Source of the DNA: Patescibacteria group bacterium
GTDB lineage: Bacteria > Patescibacteriota > Patescibacteriia > Patescibacteriales > UBA12465
Reading direction: 5' to 3'
DNA length: 64,000 nucleotides
Assembly (NCBI GenBank): GCA_050949505.1
Contig: JBMNFV010000001.1
Span: 222,284-286,283 of the forward strand
Position 1 is the first letter of the stretch. Every line of letters starts with the position of its first letter. Under the pieces are notes generated by a model. That model saw only the letters and a program-made list of their open reading frames with translations. It had not been told where the DNA came from and made no database searches. The translations under genes and the position numbers were made by a program. Positions 47,801 through 55,179 of the stretch are shown here, one piece after another.

Positions 47801-50534
47801 TCAGGACTATTATCTAAACTATCTAGTTAACACTTCAGAGGGAACTGAAGGGATAATTAGATTAAAAACTGGCAATAAAGAGACGTCAATTGTAATTCCT
47901 CCTAGCGCTAAGGGCTGGGAGAGACGGATATATAAATTTAATACAGGCAGTAGTAATACTATTAATATAACCTTGTCGGTGGCTACCAGTGACTCGGGTA
48001 ATGCTTCAGTGTATTTTGATGACCTTAATATAGAGCCAGTGCTAGAGGTTGGCCCAAATCAATATGTAGCTAAAGAGTGTCGCTTGTACCCAACTGATGA
48101 TAGCTTCACTTGCGTTAATCAGGACGATGGTTCAATTAAAAATGGTTTAGAGGGCTATTGTCTTAAGCATGACCAGTATAATAAAAATGTCTGCTTAGTT
48201 TGGTACCCCTTAGACAAAATATCCGCTTCACGGATTAGTGAGAACATAGAGGGCTATCAAGGAGTCTACCCCCTAAACTACTGCGCTCTAGCTGATGGTA
48301 ATTTTGACCTAGTTAAGAAGGTGACCGCTCAGCCAATGGCTTTATCTGGGTTTGGTAAGGCAGGAACGATAAGAACGGGCGAAACTGATGGTAGTATATG
48401 TGCAGTTTGGGAGAATGAAGGAAAAGACGGAAAACCAGGCTGGAACACTTATAGTACAATAGGCAAATTGTCCACTTTCTGGAGTACACCAAGAAATGAA
48501 TCAGAGTTATTTCAATTTTTAGCTCAAGCGAGAAACTTTTCTCAAGCAATTTGTTCAGGTAACTATCGCCCAGCGATAGCCATTGGAGAAAAAAAAGGGA
48601 TGACTAAGTCATACTTTAAGATTATGTGTCTGCCTAGTGATACGGCAGAATTCTTGCTTCCTGAGGGAGGGGAGAAAAAAACTATTTCTAATATGGATGC
48701 CTGTGATGGGTATCCATACCAAGAAGGTTGGATTAAATATGATGGTACTCTAGTTGATCAAGAGTATGTAATCTTAGGAATGACAGAGAAGAAAGATATT
48801 TGGTTTAGACTTTTTAAGAATGGAGATGGAGTAGTGACTTACAATGGAGCAAGCTTTAATATTTATGAGGGCTACCGAGGCTCAGATTATTGTACCGAAG
48901 CGTATAATAAAGTTGGTGGCGACCCTTGGTGTCAGCAGCAGGGGGGTAGTAATTACATGGGAGTTATTGAAGGATCCATTGATAATCCAGTAAGGGTTTT
49001 AGATTACAATGCTCCCCCAGCAAGTGAGAGTGGCTTGAAATTAATTAATGGAAACGACCCTGATAAAAACTTTAAATTAACTTGTAATAACTTTATTGAA
49101 TTAGTTGACTCTTATGGTAATAACCAGGCTTTTGCTGATAGGGTAAGTTTATCTAATTTAGAGTATTCAACCAGTACTCCAGAAGGTTATTTTAAAGCAA
49201 CTTATCTAAAAAATTACGGATTAGATAGATATGGTCGTAATATTGATCAAGCGCCTTTTGGAGCGGCTTCCTTGCCAAGTGACTTTAATTTCCTTAACCA
49301 TCAAGGGGCAGTTAAGTTTAGAGATCAATATTCTGCGAAAAACAAGGAAGACGTTTTTGCTGGACGACCTTATGGTTGTAGTGGTTCAGGATGTGACAAT
49401 ATCGGTTATTGCAGTCTAAATCCTAATGTTTATTGCTTGTTAGCTAAAATAGATAGTAAAAATAGAGAAGGCGAAAGAATAAATTTGGAAATACTAGGTG
49501 ATGACTATTTTCAAATATACCTTAATGGGAAAAAAAGTGGGGAGTATAATAAGGAGTTGCAGAAAAAAGATTTAGTACTAAAAAAAGGAATTAATGTGAT
49601 AGCTGTCCAGGTTAAGGATGCTCCTAGCGACACATCAAAAGAAAATCGCTGGGGCTTAGAAGCGGCGATAAATGGAAAGTCTATAACCAGTGGCACAGAA
49701 GTGGGTAAATGGTTTTGTGCCCATAATCAGGATGCGAATGGCCTGAAAGAGAATGGCCATAATTGGTATAGTACAGATTATGACATTAACGCAGAGACCA
49801 ATTATAATACTGTCGACAATTTAATGGTTAATAAATGGGAGGTAGCAATACCTAGTGTTAGCAAGAAACTTACAGATAGTAAGGGTTATGGAGCTATTTG
49901 GGCAGCTCAAGATAATAATGATAGAACAAAAATTAAAGAAAATAATTTGAGCCCAACAAGTGAAATATTCTGTCGTTACACTATTTATGTAGGTGAGGGT
50001 CAAGAAAAAGACACCTACGTTTCTTCCCGAACTTGTTCAGAGGGTGGTTATGGCACCTGTGTTCCTTTGTGGGACAAATTCCCAGGTTCAGTAGCAAATG
50101 AGCCAGTGTATAAGGATGTCTTGAGTAGCTTCTTTAGAAAGTCATATAACTTCTACAGCTACAATCCCGGACTAGAAACTTATACAGTTGTCAGTGGCAA
50201 GGGGTCTGATGATTCAATAAGTGGTGGTGCTGTAAAACCAAAGGTAACTAATTTTAAATTTAATGGAGGAGCGGCAGCAAATACAAACAACGCAACAATA
50301 AATGTGGCTACTAGGGGTCTTTATAAGCTAGAATTTAACACTGAGGTTAATAAGTCACAGCAGCCACTGAAGCAAATTATTATTGATTGGGGAGATGGAC
50401 GATCACAGACTATTGTTGGCCAAGATAATCGCCCTCAGGCCGAAAATCCACATATCTTTTATCATTATTACAATACTACAGGCCCGATGAGTATCAAGAT
50501 TAAATTGATAGATAACTGGGAGATAACAAGCTAG
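41898..50534 (+). CDS. Giant (2,878 aa) secreted cysteine-rich surface protein with lectin-like modules and C-terminal PKD-like domain
   Basis: A single uninterrupted ORF. N-terminal signal peptide (LLIMLLGVLAVPKDVQAQA). At least nine C-x6-C-x-(E/K/A)-(F/Y) motifs. Three modules end in CBM4/9-like strands (VSNVKFEV, YYLDDLVLTEI, SVYFDDLNIEPV). The C-terminus IIIDWGDGRSQ...HIFYHYYNTTGPMSIKIKLIDNWE is PKD-like. A strong terminator follows. Confidence 0.85.
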   Translation: MKSLFPFLIIKSPKSLAVKGLASFLLLIMLLGVLAVPKDVQAQAVVVDPAASAQRITFDIKSDFWRKTLEGLTRAASISFHRFLKTSLNKIAYDTATYIGSGDRGQKPLFVTEEWDVYLKKVADQAGGEAIQTFVNAFADSWTNDIGNTKGAQKEFQECTSKCGVEGISECYKKCQEASQSKLATSTPGVSERRMVVNVCQPSSLQAGLKISLGLAAQSQPGAPKCTATELIKNWGDGIVSDYQKFTNINYLNEVKGMFNPISNDLGIFTILSSDLMTAEEKAKVNKERTLVAGNGWLDVRKISGELIGSPNAAERQALITQQTAASAFLMTTGDIVVDSANVFLNQLALTSFNRLMANLGDLASRGTSSFGSAGYDSDPNVTYKEAELGKTIAKVIAPNYQSDSDYDVLIKLSTCPDPSNPGPNECVIDDRFLEAITKKKTIAQAMNDGSLNPNWRFVKEGKIDAQAFSARNIDILIKHRILPTIWAEIFNKLDTIPEAKEATLRDLVSCYAEGDEYSGFSNNFNPQDTAWCKGLVDPHWVLKAPLTYCAKKGIGSQIVSSINIPGSSQGGVKIASVYNISRASDYCADEQTCIQEDGKGNCDYFGYCNEERRTWEFDSASCEPVYNTCETFTNETSRQRFSFLENTLNYGNCDADNAGCAKYLLTGSYASTTNLISWSNEQGVYLTKADDCSQRSEGCTELIRVKPTWGANLITSTWLDEEEVKTNNLGTGIEIVFSGWPIAYSQNSAEGQKRVEVITEDEETEIHLSTTRRSVAAGSTGGNLTAKVYSSPEKSLLPNNFSLIPGESYTLTADVYLEEGDRVIAYLGSDALSPTAVTKETLAKGAWQTLRVTRRADSSYQRPEFGIMGLTASGARVSFSVSNVKFEVSNVSSDFSIYGNYRVYQKLIPPYLENVCYKGGGNYELKEDAPSICLNFTRQCNASEVGCESFTSVKNQVKVTAQVTGDDYCNQECVGYNLYFARANYFNPVQAENIIPANLTACSAAAVGCNEFTNLDSVRAGGEGREYYQELRQCIKPNPTECDSFYSWEVTKNGSQLKLFTLQKDQQTGGPKTVIDDRGECNEEIYKKKPGDPLYNSDCREFYDTDGKIFYHLLSKTITCSENCLTYRMTEKNIDQSKKSEASCQGSDGNWDNGNCYICLNGGQWDESLKACTYQAIPGEGKACSAAAAGCREYSGSNGNNIKNIYSFNFDNGLQGWESNCSNGVTASQVSNNRSGGSMLVSGTIGNQCSVAGLKLTDSTANNNRQAVAQLPVGQAVTQGKSYNLRFMARSERPLTLLAYFSNANPETGALEIAEFNEGEHINIKGGNSWQIYELTLQELDHQVSAGELLVIGTNNDGEYYLDDLVLTEISDRYYLIKDSGRIPNVCYFDVNGEYRGDSYNLGCSLYTDRDNQTHSLLKFSKLCANSSVGCEQMIRTQNSASPEIETWNGERDDKSCQSGDKDCVTVPADETIYAVYDRTKSCGEAEKGCQLTGRVIDDSGNQSDEYKKIDPDKFRETICGPSALGCSAWSSGKGTVYFKNPGNNYCEYRTGSSSAAGKNWYEVRVNRCDMNNNGRIDANERQTCRQDQDCGGGKCILDKTDRLCAVTTDKTFGYGGLGKAIDTPADKVGLCTTEAASCSEYLDPVSAISATIAKNDGTGLVFNLETNKLYSISFDTVPKSKVELKFSAGVRQLLENNSLRNSTTTISLTGQQGAIVHTGSARGMTMRVTGTNVSPIVKEVIINYQLSREIETCESPNLDNGCILFNERKVSSGNSVGNLSYVSNNYNAFASEDGRAVSSCNSGDCTANKLIKVAPNRECSRWLDCLSYGFDEKGEKVCYAIGECTQLEEGECVSWVETSSDKQGYDEISRNASGYTMLDRYNLASMQEVGLNSDVHYDFEELMPYLSCQQSNGQSCNINIYDYLIREKQDAPNNIEYPAHGKSFLKVPQNHLVTITPDSGVKLEENQDYYLNYLVNTSEGTEGIIRLKTGNKETSIVIPPSAKGWERRIYKFNTGSSNTINITLSVATSDSGNASVYFDDLNIEPVLEVGPNQYVAKECRLYPTDDSFTCVNQDDGSIKNGLEGYCLKHDQYNKNVCLVWYPLDKISASRISENIEGYQGVYPLNYCALADGNFDLVKKVTAQPMALSGFGKAGTIRTGETDGSICAVWENEGKDGKPGWNTYSTIGKLSTFWSTPRNESELFQFLAQARNFSQAICSGNYRPAIAIGEKKGMTKSYFKIMCLPSDTAEFLLPEGGEKKTISNMDACDGYPYQEGWIKYDGTLVDQEYVILGMTEKKDIWFRLFKNGDGVVTYNGASFNIYEGYRGSDYCTEAYNKVGGDPWCQQQGGSNYMGVIEGSIDNPVRVLDYNAPPASESGLKLINGNDPDKNFKLTCNNFIELVDSYGNNQAFADRVSLSNLEYSTSTPEGYFKATYLKNYGLDRYGRNIDQAPFGAASLPSDFNFLNHQGAVKFRDQYSAKNKEDVFAGRPYGCSGSGCDNIGYCSLNPNVYCLLAKIDSKNREGERINLEILGDDYFQIYLNGKKSGEYNKELQKKDLVLKKGINVIAVQVKDAPSDTSKENRWGLEAAINGKSITSGTEVGKWFCAHNQDANGLKENGHNWYSTDYDINAETNYNTVDNLMVNKWEVAIPSVSKKLTDSKGYGAIWAAQDNNDRTKIKENNLSPTSEIFCRYTIYVGEGQEKDTYVSSRTCSEGGYGTCVPLWDKFPGSVANEPVYKDVLSSFFRKSYNFYSYNPGLETYTVVSGKGSDDSISGGAVKPKVTNFKFNGGAAANTNNATINVATRGLYKLEFNTEVNKSQQPLKQIIIDWGDGRSQTIVGQDNRPQAENPHIFYHYYNTTGPMSIKIKLIDNWEITS

Positions 50535-50565
50535 GAATAGCTATTATAAAAATAGATAAATAAGG

Positions 50566-50599
50566 ATAATAACCGCTTAAGTTAAGCGGTTATTATTTT
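50566..50599 (+). terminator. Strong hairpin terminator after the giant gene
   Basis: 14-bp perfect stem ATAATAACCGCTTA/TAAGCGGTTATTAT (50566-50579 / 50583-50596), 3-nt loop, short T tract. Confidence 0.65.
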
Positions 50600-50626
50600 G
50601 CCTAAAATCTCAGATTATTGTATAAT
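50598..50626 (+). promoter_or_regulatory. Near-consensus sigma-70 type promoter for the T4SS-like operon
   Basis: TTGCCT (50598-50603), 17-nt spacer, TATAAT (50621-50626), 29 nt upstream of ATG 50656. Confidence 0.55.
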
Positions 50627-50655
50627 AGCAAGTAGAAGAATAAGAAATATAAGAT

Positions 50656-51222
50656 ATGGCCCTAGATGAACAGTTGCTAGCTAAACAAGATTCGGTAGGC
50701 AGTAGTCAGGAGGATTATAACTCCCGGGTTTCTGAGTTTAATGCTAGCAAACAGGCTGACTGGCAAGAAAGTGAGACTGAGGAAGAGGAGGAGCTTGATG
50801 CTGAGAGTGAGGAAGGGGAAGTGGAGAGCGATCTAGAGCTACCGGTTGCCCCTAAAGGCAATCCGGCTACGAATAGATTGTTACGACAGGCCTGGATTAA
50901 CCTAATCCCTTCTTGGGGTCTAACCTTGATTTGGATAAATATTCATGTAATTTTAAGCATGGTTTTTGGTAAAGCAGCTTTTTGTAAGTTAGGCGATGAG
51001 TGGCTAGGGGGAGCAGCTATTGGTAAAAAAAACATAAGCGGTAGTCGGCTTAATTTATTGGAAAAGATAGGATTAGCACTTTTAGACTTGGGTTGTTTAG
51101 TAATTCTTATTGGTTTTTCAATAATAGCGATTATTGTCGCTAATTATTTATCCTTTAATTTAGAGTTCATTATTAACACCTTGGGTACTTTATGGGATGC
51201 GATAATAAGTATTTTTAAATAA
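50656..51222 (+). CDS. Membrane protein with acidic N-terminal region (T4SS-like operon gene 1)
   Basis: 188 aa. An acidic N-terminus of about 75 aa (ETEEEEELDAESEEGEVESD), then at least two TM helices. It ends 3 nt before the VirB6-like gene. Confidence 0.55.
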   Translation: MALDEQLLAKQDSVGSSQEDYNSRVSEFNASKQADWQESETEEEEELDAESEEGEVESDLELPVAPKGNPATNRLLRQAWINLIPSWGLTLIWINIHVILSMVFGKAAFCKLGDEWLGGAAIGKKNISGSRLNLLEKIGLALLDLGCLVILIGFSIIAIIVANYLSFNLEFIINTLGTLWDAIISIFK

Positions 51223-51225
51223 TTT

Positions 51226-54093
51226 ATGAGAAAAATAAAAATTAGTAAAAGAAGTGTTAAAGTTTTTTCTCTAATCTTTTTAGTAGTTTTAGCCATACTC
51301 TTATTGATTCAACCAGTTCAAGCTGCCCCAGGAGATTGGGCAGGAAAATTTATAGGAGGGTTTTTAGGCTGGATTATTGGCGCTTTAGGAGTACTACTGG
51401 CTTTAATTATAGAGGCTTTAATATCAATAGCCCAATTTAATACTTTTGTTAATCATGAGGCGGTAATAGCGGGTTGGTCATTGGTGAGAAATATTAGCAA
51501 CATGTTTTTTGTGGTGGCCTTGCTGGTAATTGCTTATGCGACCATTTTAAATCAAGAGAAGTATAGTTATAAGACCTGGTTGCCAAAGATAATTCTAATG
51601 GCCATACTGATCAACTATTCTAAAACCATTTGTGGCGTATTAATCACAGTTGCTCAGGTGGCGATGTTAACTTTTGTTAATGCTTTTAAATCAATTGCTG
51701 CCGCTAACTTAGTTCAAGGCCTAGGAATCACGGAAATAGTGAAGTTGGCCGATAGTGCTGATGATTTAGGATTTTTTGCTATAGTTGGCGCTTATATCTT
51801 AGGACTCCTTTACGTCTTGGTGGCGATAGTGGTAATTACTACGATGTTAGCGATGCTAGTGATAAGAATGGTAATGATTTGGATCTATGTTGTTCTATCG
51901 CCATTAGCCTATATCATGGCGGCCTTCCCTGGAGCACAAAAGTATTCTGCTAAATGGTGGAGTGATTTTACTAAACACTTAATAGTGGGCCCAGTCTTGG
52001 CGTTCTTTATCTGGTTATCATTTAATGCTATGCAAAATGATAAGACAGTAGAAAAAGAGCTAGAATTTCAGGAAAAGAGCGCAACAGAATTGGCGGCGGG
52101 AATAGGCATGAAGGTTGAAGCAACTAACAAAAAAAATACTTCCAGTGCTCAGGAAATAGACGTCTTCTTGAAATTTATTATCGGCATTGGAATGTTGGTT
52201 GGAGGCTTACAAATTACTAATGGAATTGGTGGCGTGGCCGGATCAATTGCTGGCAAGGGAATGGCTAAGTTGCAAAAAGGAGCCATGGCAGTTGGCAATT
52301 GGGGCAAGCGCCGAGTGACGGGAACAGCCAAAGCCTTGGGACGAGGGGCGGTAGGGGCGGTAAACAAACCGGGAGTGAGAAGTGCTTTGGATAAAGTAGC
52401 GTCACAACGAGGAGTAGCAGGGTTTGCCTTGCGAGCCACCGGGGTAAGAAAAATGTCAGAAAGTGCTTTGATCGGTTTAGGCAAAAACAAGGCAGAAACA
52501 GAAAAGAAAGCAAAAGAAAAGGTGGAAGAGTTGAGAGGGGCGGGTGGATTTAGGACTTTAGCAATGAAAGCTTCTCGTGCAGGCTACACTCCAGAAGGAA
52601 GGGCAGTTAAGGCGGAAGCTAGAAAGATATTCCCTGTCCCAGTAGAGAAATTAAACAATCAAGCGGGAGCATTAGCAACAACAGATCCTAAGGTTTTAGA
52701 AGAAGCGCGCGCGCGTATTCAAAAGAATGATTATGGCAATTCAGATAATAAGCTAACCAAGTCAATGGCCGTATGGATAGGAAAAATGGGCTTAAATTTG
52801 GAAGAGCCGGGGATGGAGGGGGCTAAGAAGATGATAGAAACTGACATTGACTTAGCGGGAGCCTTTAAATCAGGAAGAAAGGACGCTGGCTTAACTGATT
52901 TTGTGGAGGTACTCAAAAAGGATGGAAGTAAATTGGGGGGAAGATATGCTGAAGGAAGAGAGTTGAGTCCAAGTGAGCTGGATAATTATTTAGGCAGAAC
53001 TTCCGGAACTCCACCATTTAGACCAGAGCAGACTGATGCAGAAGATGATCGATTGAATTATGGAGGAACTCCAGTTCCAGGATATCAGAAATATAATTAT
53101 CCCACAGTAGCGGGAGGTCAGGCGGTACAAAATATAGTGAATGCTCAACGTCAAAATCTGGAAGTAATAACAGGAACAAATGATCTAGAGTCAGTGGAAG
53201 AAACGAGAAATAGATTGCATGAGTTAAATATTAGAGATGGGGCTGACTATTTCCAAGATGAAGATAAGGTCAAGGAGGTATTTGCTGGAGCTAAAAAAGA
53301 TGTTAGCGAGAAGAGATTGGTCGAGAGGAGAAGCGAATCACCAGGCGATCGAGACTTTGATGAGGCGAGATTAACTGCCGAAGGTAGGGGAAATTTGGCG
53401 ATTAATGGCTTTGCTAGAGGACAAGAAGATTATGTGGGAGTTGATTTTTCCAAGCTAGGAGCAGAGCTGCAGGATACAATTATTAGAGGCCTAAAGGCAG
53501 GAAATGGCCTAAGCGATGCCCGAGGATTCACAACCACTGATCCTGGGTTGATAGGCAAACTGGCGAGCAGTGTTTCAGGAATTATTGGACAAGAGATAAG
53601 TCAGCTAAAGGGCAAAGGGGGTAATTTATCAAAGAGCGATAGTCGCCGTTTGGCTAATTTAGAGAGTGCTCAGGCAAAGCTAGATAATCCTAATGAGCTA
53701 GGAACTCTAGAGATGATCAACACTAGCGCTAAAGGATTTAAGAGCCCCAATCAAGTTAAAGAGACTATTATGCATGAAGACTTGCATGGGGCGGGAGTGG
53801 ATAGAGAAGATGTGGTAGACTTTACGGTACGCAGCACAGACTCTAGAGATATGATTTCTACTAGAAAAGAAGCTAAGCAAAGTCGTCAGTTCCAGCAAAA
53901 AATGTTAGCCAATTTAATGGATTTTCAGAAGAGGAATAATAAAGTTAAACCAACTAGGGATATAATTGCTAAGGAAAAAAGAGACCCAGTTTTAGCTAAG
54001 CAGTATAATATGCTAGATAAAAATATTAAATCTACCGCTAAAACGATTGATGACTACTTTAAAGTGATGATGAGAGAAAATAGAAATATCTAG
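51226..54093 (+). CDS. VirB6/TrbL/PrgH-like polytopic membrane protein with long hydrophilic C-terminal domain
   Basis: 955 aa. Signal-like N-terminus, about 6-8 TM helices over the first ~330 aa in a VirB6/TrbL-like arrangement, a Gly/Ala/Lys-rich linker, then a soluble region of about 550 aa containing HEDLH. The call rests on topology and operon position relative to the PrgI and VirB4 genes. Confidence 0.55.
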   Translation: MRKIKISKRSVKVFSLIFLVVLAILLLIQPVQAAPGDWAGKFIGGFLGWIIGALGVLLALIIEALISIAQFNTFVNHEAVIAGWSLVRNISNMFFVVALLVIAYATILNQEKYSYKTWLPKIILMAILINYSKTICGVLITVAQVAMLTFVNAFKSIAAANLVQGLGITEIVKLADSADDLGFFAIVGAYILGLLYVLVAIVVITTMLAMLVIRMVMIWIYVVLSPLAYIMAAFPGAQKYSAKWWSDFTKHLIVGPVLAFFIWLSFNAMQNDKTVEKELEFQEKSATELAAGIGMKVEATNKKNTSSAQEIDVFLKFIIGIGMLVGGLQITNGIGGVAGSIAGKGMAKLQKGAMAVGNWGKRRVTGTAKALGRGAVGAVNKPGVRSALDKVASQRGVAGFALRATGVRKMSESALIGLGKNKAETEKKAKEKVEELRGAGGFRTLAMKASRAGYTPEGRAVKAEARKIFPVPVEKLNNQAGALATTDPKVLEEARARIQKNDYGNSDNKLTKSMAVWIGKMGLNLEEPGMEGAKKMIETDIDLAGAFKSGRKDAGLTDFVEVLKKDGSKLGGRYAEGRELSPSELDNYLGRTSGTPPFRPEQTDAEDDRLNYGGTPVPGYQKYNYPTVAGGQAVQNIVNAQRQNLEVITGTNDLESVEETRNRLHELNIRDGADYFQDEDKVKEVFAGAKKDVSEKRLVERRSESPGDRDFDEARLTAEGRGNLAINGFARGQEDYVGVDFSKLGAELQDTIIRGLKAGNGLSDARGFTTTDPGLIGKLASSVSGIIGQEISQLKGKGGNLSKSDSRRLANLESAQAKLDNPNELGTLEMINTSAKGFKSPNQVKETIMHEDLHGAGVDREDVVDFTVRSTDSRDMISTRKEAKQSRQFQQKMLANLMDFQKRNNKVKPTRDIIAKEKRDPVLAKQYNMLDKNIKSTAKTIDDYFKVMMRENRNI

Positions 54094-54135
54094 AAAAGAC
54101 AAGTAGTTAACGATTAATATAGCTATTAAATTATT

Positions 54136-55170
54136 ATGACTTATTTAGAAGAGTGTTTACAAGCGTTTAGAGAGTTGCCTGATTTTTTAAGGAATCAGGT
54201 GGATAGCCCTGAGGCTTTTCAGCGAATAACGGCCATAGAAGATGAGTATGGGGTGGATTTAAAGTTTTTAGTAATTTTATTGGCAATTGGCGAGCTTAGT
54301 TTTACGGAGATAGCCAACTATTTAATGGACAAGGAGGAGTTAGCCGAAGAGGATGCAATGGAAATTGAGGAGCAGTTGTCAGCCGAAATTTTTATAACCG
54401 GATTAGACACAGAGGCTTTAGACCAGGCTTTAAGGGAGGACGAATTTGATGACGCCTTAGAGGAGTCAGCGGGACTATTGTCCAGAGAAAGTATTTTAGA
54501 AATCATCCAGAAGGAAGTGGCCGAATATTTTAACGAAGGAGCAGAAAAGGAAAAAACAGAGCTTCTTAACAATTCCATTTTTTATGAATTTTCTCGGGAC
54601 GGTTCTTTTCAGGGTGAGATTGTTAAGGCTTTGCTAGCTAATCAGCAAGAAATTACCTCAAAGAGATTAAAGATCGGGGAGAAAGAAGGGGCGCCAACAA
54701 TTGCTAATTGGCTAGAAGATTTTTTTGAAGAGAATGGCGTGGAGGATTTTAATGATCTAGTTTTAATTCAATATCTCAATCATGGAGCTAATGTTAAAGG
54801 TTTGTCCACTGAAGACAAAGAGAAGGTAAAAAATCTCTTACGCGCTTATCGCAATCTTAGCTTTTTCCCAGATAGTTTAGCTAAAATTCCAATTGAAAAC
54901 TGGCAATTGATTCCTGAGCCAACGGAAAAAGGATTGCCATTAAGAGAAGAAAAGAAAACTTTAACCGCTAAGGGGCCAGTTGCTGCAAAGACTCAAGTGC
55001 CGAAGGAGCAACTCGGGGCGGAGAAGAAGTCTCAGCCCGAGGCAAAAAAGATGACCGCCACAGAGCGGCAGTTAGCAGAATTAGCGCAAGCGCTTGATAA
55101 TTATCCAGTTAATAGCTTGGAGCGCAAGGCAATTGAGCAAGAGATTAAGCGTTTGCGAAAAACTAAGTAG
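54136..55170 (+). CDS. Hypothetical acidic protein, paralogous N-terminal domain (copy 1)
   Basis: 344 aa. Its N-terminal ~85 aa align by eye with the next ORF (F..LP..LR...SPE....I..IE.EY..DL..LV). Lys-rich C-terminal tail. Confidence 0.55.
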   Translation: MTYLEECLQAFRELPDFLRNQVDSPEAFQRITAIEDEYGVDLKFLVILLAIGELSFTEIANYLMDKEELAEEDAMEIEEQLSAEIFITGLDTEALDQALREDEFDDALEESAGLLSRESILEIIQKEVAEYFNEGAEKEKTELLNNSIFYEFSRDGSFQGEIVKALLANQQEITSKRLKIGEKEGAPTIANWLEDFFEENGVEDFNDLVLIQYLNHGANVKGLSTEDKEKVKNLLRAYRNLSFFPDSLAKIPIENWQLIPEPTEKGLPLREEKKTLTAKGPVAAKTQVPKEQLGAEKKSQPEAKKMTATERQLAELAQALDNYPVNSLERKAIEQEIKRLRKTK

Positions 55171-55179
55171 TGATAAATA

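Noticed and set aside
52149-52513. Two overlapping antisense ORFs (113 and 82 aa) within the VirB6-like gene
   Set aside because: They fall in a locally GC-richer Gly/Ala/Lys-coding stretch of the sense gene, which suppresses stop codons on the opposite strand. Their products are low-complexity Pro/Leu-rich sequences with no recognisable features. The same reasoning applies to the other antisense track ORFs (e.g. 6277..6552, 8530..8748, 13775..14077, 18844..19161, 20820..21176, 28878..29183, 46742..47011, 54318..54578, 57898..58104, 62700..62906).
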